Shown here: positions 50,579-56,080 of the stretch, piece by piece
Layout: the number at the start of each line of letters is the position of its first letter
How positions within the stretch are numbered: the first letter of the stretch is position 1
Source of the DNA: Proteromonas lacertae
Lineage: Eukaryota
Direction of reading: 5' to 3'
DNA: 56,080 bases
Assembly: GCA_002245135.1 (NCBI GenBank)
Contig: NGBS01000335.1
Coordinates: 1-56,080, forward strand
Position numbers and translations under genes: made by a program
Notes under the pieces: generated by a model
Databases searched by the model: none
Seen by the model: only the letters and a program-made list of their open reading frames with translations
Told to the model about the DNA's origin: nothing

Positions 50579-51196
50579 ATCACATACAATTCTATATCAT
50601 TTTTTTCACTATATTTCAACATACATTAATTCATCTTGATTTTTATAAATAAAATATTCTTAAAATATATTTGGCTTGATTCTTTTCTCAGAATTTTCTG
50701 GAATATATTCTTATTTTCACTTTTATTACTCTACACAATCATATATTCATCACACTTACACTCACACCATATTCATGTTATCATATTATCATCATACACA
50801 GCTTTTAAACTGTTCAAAAACAACTTAGATACAATTTTTGATCACTATACTACAATAAACCATTAAACATTAGATTTCACTGTTTTATATCATCTTTCAT
50901 TTTATATAATTCTAATATTATCGTACACTCACTTTTACAATTATACCAAATATTATCATATATTCTATACATAGTCACATATTTCATCATTATCATCATC
51001 ATCGAAATACACATCATTTCACCATTATACTTCATAGTAAGCACAAAAATAGCATTTCTTTGTTTATTGGGTTTGAATAATCATTTGGCTTGATGAAATT
51101 TTTAGAATTTTCTGATTTTCAATCTATTGAATAATGAAAATAAGTGTATGTAGTTTTTGATGTATATAATAATAGAATGTTGAGTGAAATGATATG
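50579..51196. repeat. Right copy of the ~600-bp inverted repeat
   Basis: Reverse complement of 47327-47906. Confidence 0.9.
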
Positions 51197-51225
51197 TTGT
51201 ATATAACACTCTTACTACTCTTATC

Positions 51226-51420
51226 CAAAATTGTATGTAAGTTGTTTTTGAACAGTTTAAAAGCTGTGTATGATGATAATATCATAATGTGAATATGGTG
51301 TGAGTGTGAATGTGATGAATATATGATTGTGTAGAGTAATAAAAGTGAAAATAAGAATATATTCGAGAAAATTCTGAGAAAAGAATCAAGCCAAATATAT
51401 TATAAGAATTTTTATTTTAT
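51226..51420. repeat. Third, partial (~195 bp) copy of the same repeat
   Basis: Direct copy of about 47657-47840 and inverted relative to about 50640-50840. Confidence 0.88.
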
Positions 51421-52166
51421 TTAAATCAAAATTAATAAATACATATTGTAATAAAGTGAAATAAATATATATTATAGAGGATATTAAAAAACAGGATATT
51501 TAGTGTTCCTATACCCAAAATATCCAAAATGTTTAAAATATTGAGGAAACAAATTAAAAAATTTGAAATATTAATTACTGATGGATTAATAGTAAAATAT
51601 TGATCTATAGTCTTTCTCTACAGTAGCCACGGCAGGGGTAGAACAGGTCGCTACAAGCTATGTTATTCTAAGTTCTACTGGTTTTACTGGTAGGGATATA
51701 AAGGATGATGGGATAAATATTTTATAATACATGGTGGGATTTCACTAAAATTAATAAAAGGTGTTTATAATTCACTAAAAATATACTAAAATTATACTAA
51801 AAGATATTGATGATGTAATAAATAGTATATTATAAAGGATTGATAATATCATAATCAATATTCATAATATCAATAACATCTGGTAATATGCATTGTTTTT
51901 GATAACCTTCAATACTATCACTTTGTAAATGTAGATTAGGTTTATTATCATTTATTAATATAAAATGTGTTGGTATGTATAATGGTGGGTATTGTTCATT
52001 ATTATAAATTTGTAATGGGAATGATATAACATTACTACCATCATTAGGGTATTTTTCAACAAGCTTATTATAAAAATCAGTTAATACAGATTGATTACTA
52101 TATAATTTTGATAATAAATGATTATCATCTAGATAAATATCAATTTGTTTTATATTTGATCTATCA

Positions 52167-52712
52167 TTATAAATTAATTGATGTATTATAAATTTTGATT
52201 CTTATAGAATTCATGAATATTGTAACTTTAATAGGTATCTGATCTATAATTGATTCTGATGAATCATTATTAGTAACTTTTACAGTCCATGTTGTGTTTT
52301 GAATACTATAAGGTTGTGGATTATATATATTTATTAATTTAAGATGATTATAAATTGAATCATATCTACCAAAACCTTGAGTCATATATAATTCTTCATC
52401 AGTATTATAATCATTACAACCTACAACTCTACCAATATTTCTTATTGTATCTACTTCATTATAAATTTGATCTACTTCATCTTTTATTGCTTTTGTTTTA
52501 GTATCAGTATTATCATTTATTGGCTTATTTATATAGGTTGATATACTATTACTATCTACAGTTATATTAGGTGTTGGTATTTGAATCTTTTGTGATATGG
52601 AATCTGATAATGTTTGAATATCTATATTAACACTAACATTTTTTGATATCTCACTTGCAATCTCTTTTGTATCAATATCTGATGTATTATTATTTCTATC
52701 ACCAATAAACAT
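52167..52712 (-). CDS. Hypothetical protein, probably continuing after a frameshift to about 51830
   Basis: MFIGDRNNN.. from ATG 52712; the downstream frame reads ..VLTDFYNKLVEKYPNDGSNVISFPLQIY.. Confidence 0.5.
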   Translation of the reverse strand: MFIGDRNNNTSDIDTKEIASEISKNVSVNIDIQTLSDSISQKIQIPTPNITVDSNSISTYINKPINDNTDTKTKAIKDEVDQIYNEVDTIRNIGRVVGCNDYNTDEELYMTQGFGRYDSIYNHLKLINIYNPQPYSIQNTTWTVKVTNNDSSESIIDQIPIKVTIFMNSIRIKIYNTSINL

Positions 52713-52822
52713 AATTTTATATATTATAAAAAATATAAAATAATAATTTATAAAATTCATCAAGAAATTTTAAAATGATGATCAATTGTAATAATAATAA
52801 TTTACAAAAATTATTGGTGATG

Positions 52823-55178
52823 GATGTATATCATTTGAATTTTAGTAAGAAAATTTGATTTTTAAATTTTATATATAAGATGATATTTGATAAACTTCCA
52901 GATGCATTGTACTTATTTATACATGATTAAAAGAAATACAACATCTGAAGTCTGAACTTAAAGAATGAATAAGTTTGATGATGTATATCATTTTAATTTT
53001 AGTAAGAAAATTTGATTTTTAAAATTTTATATATAAGATGATATTTGATAAACTTCCAGATGTATTGTACTTATCTATAAATGATTAACAGAAATACAAC
53101 ATCTGAAGTCTGAACTTAAAGAATGAATAAGTTGGTGATATATATCATTTGAATTTTAGTAAGAAAATTTGATTTTTAAAATTTTATATATAAGATGATA
53201 TTTGATAAACTTCCAGATGCATTGTACTTATCTATAAATGATTAACAGAAATACAACATCTGAAGTCTGAACTTAAAGAATGAATAAGTTTGATGATGTA
53301 TATCATTTGAATTTTAGTAAGAAAATTTGATTTTTAAAATTTTATATATAAGATGATATTTGATAAACTTCCAGATGTATTGTACTTATCTATAAATGAT
53401 TAACAGAAATACAACATCTGAAGTCTGAACTTAAAGAATGAATAAGTTTGATGATGTATATCATTTGAATTTTAGTAAGAAAATTTGATTTTTAAAATTT
53501 TATATATAAGATGATATTTGAGAAACTTCCAGATGCATTGTACTTATTTATACATGATTAACAGAAATACAACATCTGAAGTCTGAACTTAAAGAATGAA
53601 TAAGTTTGATGATGTATATCATTTGAATTTTAGTAAGAAAATTTGATTTTTAAAATTTTATATATAAGATGATATTTGAGAAACTTCCAGATGCATTGTA
53701 CTTATTTATACATGATTAACAGAAATACAACATCTGAAGTCTGAACTTAAAGAATGAATAAGTTTGATGATGTATATCATTTGAATTTTAGTAAGAAAAT
53801 TTGATTTTTAAAATTTTATATATAAGATGATATTTGATAAACTTCCAGATGCATTGTACTTATCTATAAATGATTAACAGAAATACAACATCTGAAGTCT
53901 GAACTTAAAGAATGAATAAGTTTGATGATGTATATCATTTGAATTTTAGTAAGAAAATTTGATTTTTAAAATTTTATATATAAGATGATATTTGATAAAC
54001 TTCCAGATGTATTGTACTTATCTATAAATGATTAACAGAAATACAACATCTGAAGTCTGAACTTAAAGAATGAATAAGTTTGATGATGTATATCATTTGA
54101 ATTTTAGTAAGAAAATTTGATTTTTAAAATTTTATATATAAGATGATATTTGATAAACTTCCAGATGCATTGTACTTATTTATACATGATTAACAGAAAT
54201 ACAACATCTGAAGTCTGAACTTAAAGAATGAATAAGTTTGATGATGTATATCATTTGAATTTTAGTAAGAAAATTTGATTTTTAAAATTTTATATATAAG
54301 ATGATATTTGATAAACTTCCAGATGCATTGTACTTATTTATACATGATTAACAGAAATACAACATCTGAAGTCTGAACTTAAAGAATGAATAAGTTTGAT
54401 GATGTATATCATTTTAATTTTAGTAAGAAAATTTGATTTTTAAAATTTTATATATAAGATGATATTTGATAAACTTCCAGATGCATTGTACTTATTTATA
54501 CATGATTAACAGAAATACAACATCTGAAGTCTGAACTTAAAGAATGAATAAGTTTGATGATGTATATCATTTGAATTTTAGTAAGAAAATTTGATTTTTA
54601 AAATTTTATATATAAGATGATATTTGATAAACTTCCAGATGCATTGTACTTATCTATAAATGATTAACAGAAATACAACATCTGAAGTCTGAACTTAAAG
54701 AATGAATAAGTTTGATGATGTATATCATTTGAATTTTAGTAAGAAAATTTGATTTTTAAAATTTTATATATAAGATGATATTTGATAAACTTCCAGATGC
54801 ATTGTACTTATTTATACATGATTAACAGAAATACAACATCTGAAGTCTGAACTTAAAGAATGAATAAGTTTGATGATGTATATCATTTGAATTTTAGTAA
54901 GAAAATTTGATTTTTAAAATTTTATATATAAGATGATATTTGATAAACTTCCAGATGCATTGTACTTATCTATAAATGATTAACAGAAATACAACATCTG
55001 AAGTCTGAACTTAAAGAATGAATAAGTTGATGATGTATATCATTTGAATTTTAGTAAGAAAATTTGATTTTTAAAATTTTATATATAAGATGATATTTGA
55101 TAAACTTCCAGATGCATTGTACTTATCTATAAATGATTAACAGAAATACAACATCTGAAGTCTGAACTTAAAGAATGA
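52823..55178. repeat. Tandem array of 15 x 158 bp, each unit with an internal ~58-nt hairpin
   Basis: ttccagat recurs at 52896, 53054, 53211, 53369, 53527, 53685, 53843, 54001, 54159, 54317, 54475, 54633, 54791, 54949 and 55106. Confidence 0.97.
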
Positions 55179-55322
55179 TTTAATTATTAATAAAATAATT
55201 ATGAGTTAATATTTATATGTTGTATTTATTAAAGAATAACAAAATGAATCATTTTATAGTTTAATAAAATATTATATAATATAAAATATTGATATGATGG
55301 TTATTTGGTTTTAGTGTATCTA

Positions 55323-56080
55323 TTAATTAATTTTATATCCATAAGGAACTGTATTGTAATTATCTAGAAATAGTCTTTTATCATCATAATATGTTAATCC
55401 TGTTTTGTTTTGAGATGTTGTATATACATTATGATGTATTGATTTAATTTGACATACCTCGTATTTTTGACTTTTGCTAGCACCTTCAACAAAATCATTA
55501 TATACATCGTATGTTATTTTTCTTGATACTTTCACATTTATTCCTTTACATCTATTATCAGTTTTATTTTTCTGATTTTCATCATTTACACATTCTTTTT
55601 CATATACATAACACTTTGATTTTAATCCTATAAACTTTGTTATAACATACAGATTTATATTATTCTTATCCTGCTCTTCAAACTTTAAAACGATTTAATG
55701 TACCTGGATGAACTGCTGTATGAATATTAAGGTTGTAGTTAGATAATGCAGGATTCTTTAAATTGCTTCCATCAATCCAATTATTGAATATAGGATCTTC
55801 TAAATCACTAAATATATCTTCAGTTTCTACTGAAAATAACAGACTATCTGTATCAGTCATACATAATGTCAACTTATTTGATCCATATTTCTTATCTAAT
55901 ACATCATACCAATATTTTTGCATTTTTAGTTTTGATAACTCTAGTATAACCATTCCAATTTGAATGGGTTTATTAATTTATATATGCTTTCTTATAAAAA
56001 TGAGCTATGCGCAAGTCTCCTTCAATAATTATAAAATCTTTAAACCATGGATCACTTGCTGCTTCAATCATGTCTGTTTT
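55323..56080 (-). pseudogene. polB: Protein-primed PolB C-terminal part, frameshifted near 55680 and 55980
   Basis: LSKLKMQKYWYDVL..MTDTDSLL..TEDIF; FIGLKSKCY; CKG; DDKR..TVPYG; colinear with the PolB at 2379-4328. Confidence 0.9.

Larger units (their letters stand above)
51600..56080 (-). mobile_element. Second, AT-rich and degraded Polinton-like element; left boundary uncertain, runs off the window end
   Basis: pPolB C-terminus at 55323-56080, tandem array, a same-strand ORF and a short GC-richer patch at about 51615-51740 that may be subterminal. Confidence 0.5.

Noticed and set aside
52823..55178. CRISPR array or hammerhead ribozyme array
   Set aside because: Units are identical along their whole length with no unique spacers. 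TTGATGA..GAAA is present, but it is not CTGANGA and no credible stems II/III form.
1..56080. The two polB regions as terminal inverted repeats of one giant element
   Set aside because: They are similar only at protein level and differ strongly in composition; the interior is intron-containing host DNA.

Overview
Eukaryotic, very AT-rich protist DNA. The evidence is 26-46 nt GT..AG introns that join ORFs in frame, He_PIG-type surface proteins and a Sig1/Ocm1 mastigoneme-like module; a Blastocystis-like stramenopile is my inference, not proven. The window looks like an accessory region. Each end holds a Polinton/adintovirus-like element with a protein-primed PolB. The left one (1-~6260, + strand) is clearly GC-richer than the host and has a 501-bp insertion near its end, bounded by two recombinase-like palindromic sites. 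The right one (- strand) is AT-rich, degraded and carries 15 x 158-bp hairpin-forming tandem repeats. Between them lie a Ulp1-like protease remnant, a bacterial-type OafA O-acetyltransferase, a frameshifted ~17.9-kb Ig/lectin/PA14 surface-protein gene ending in a mastigoneme-like EGF module, an FkbM-like methyltransferase, a pseudokinase-LRR gene and a Crinkler-like double NTPase/nuclease gene. Further right, a 1.5-kb-arm palindrome carries two divergent 5S rRNA genes with a CACTA transposon in one arm, and fucosyltransferase genes sit between ~600-bp inverted repeats. Many genes carry indels; from sequence alone I cannot separate assembly error from real decay.
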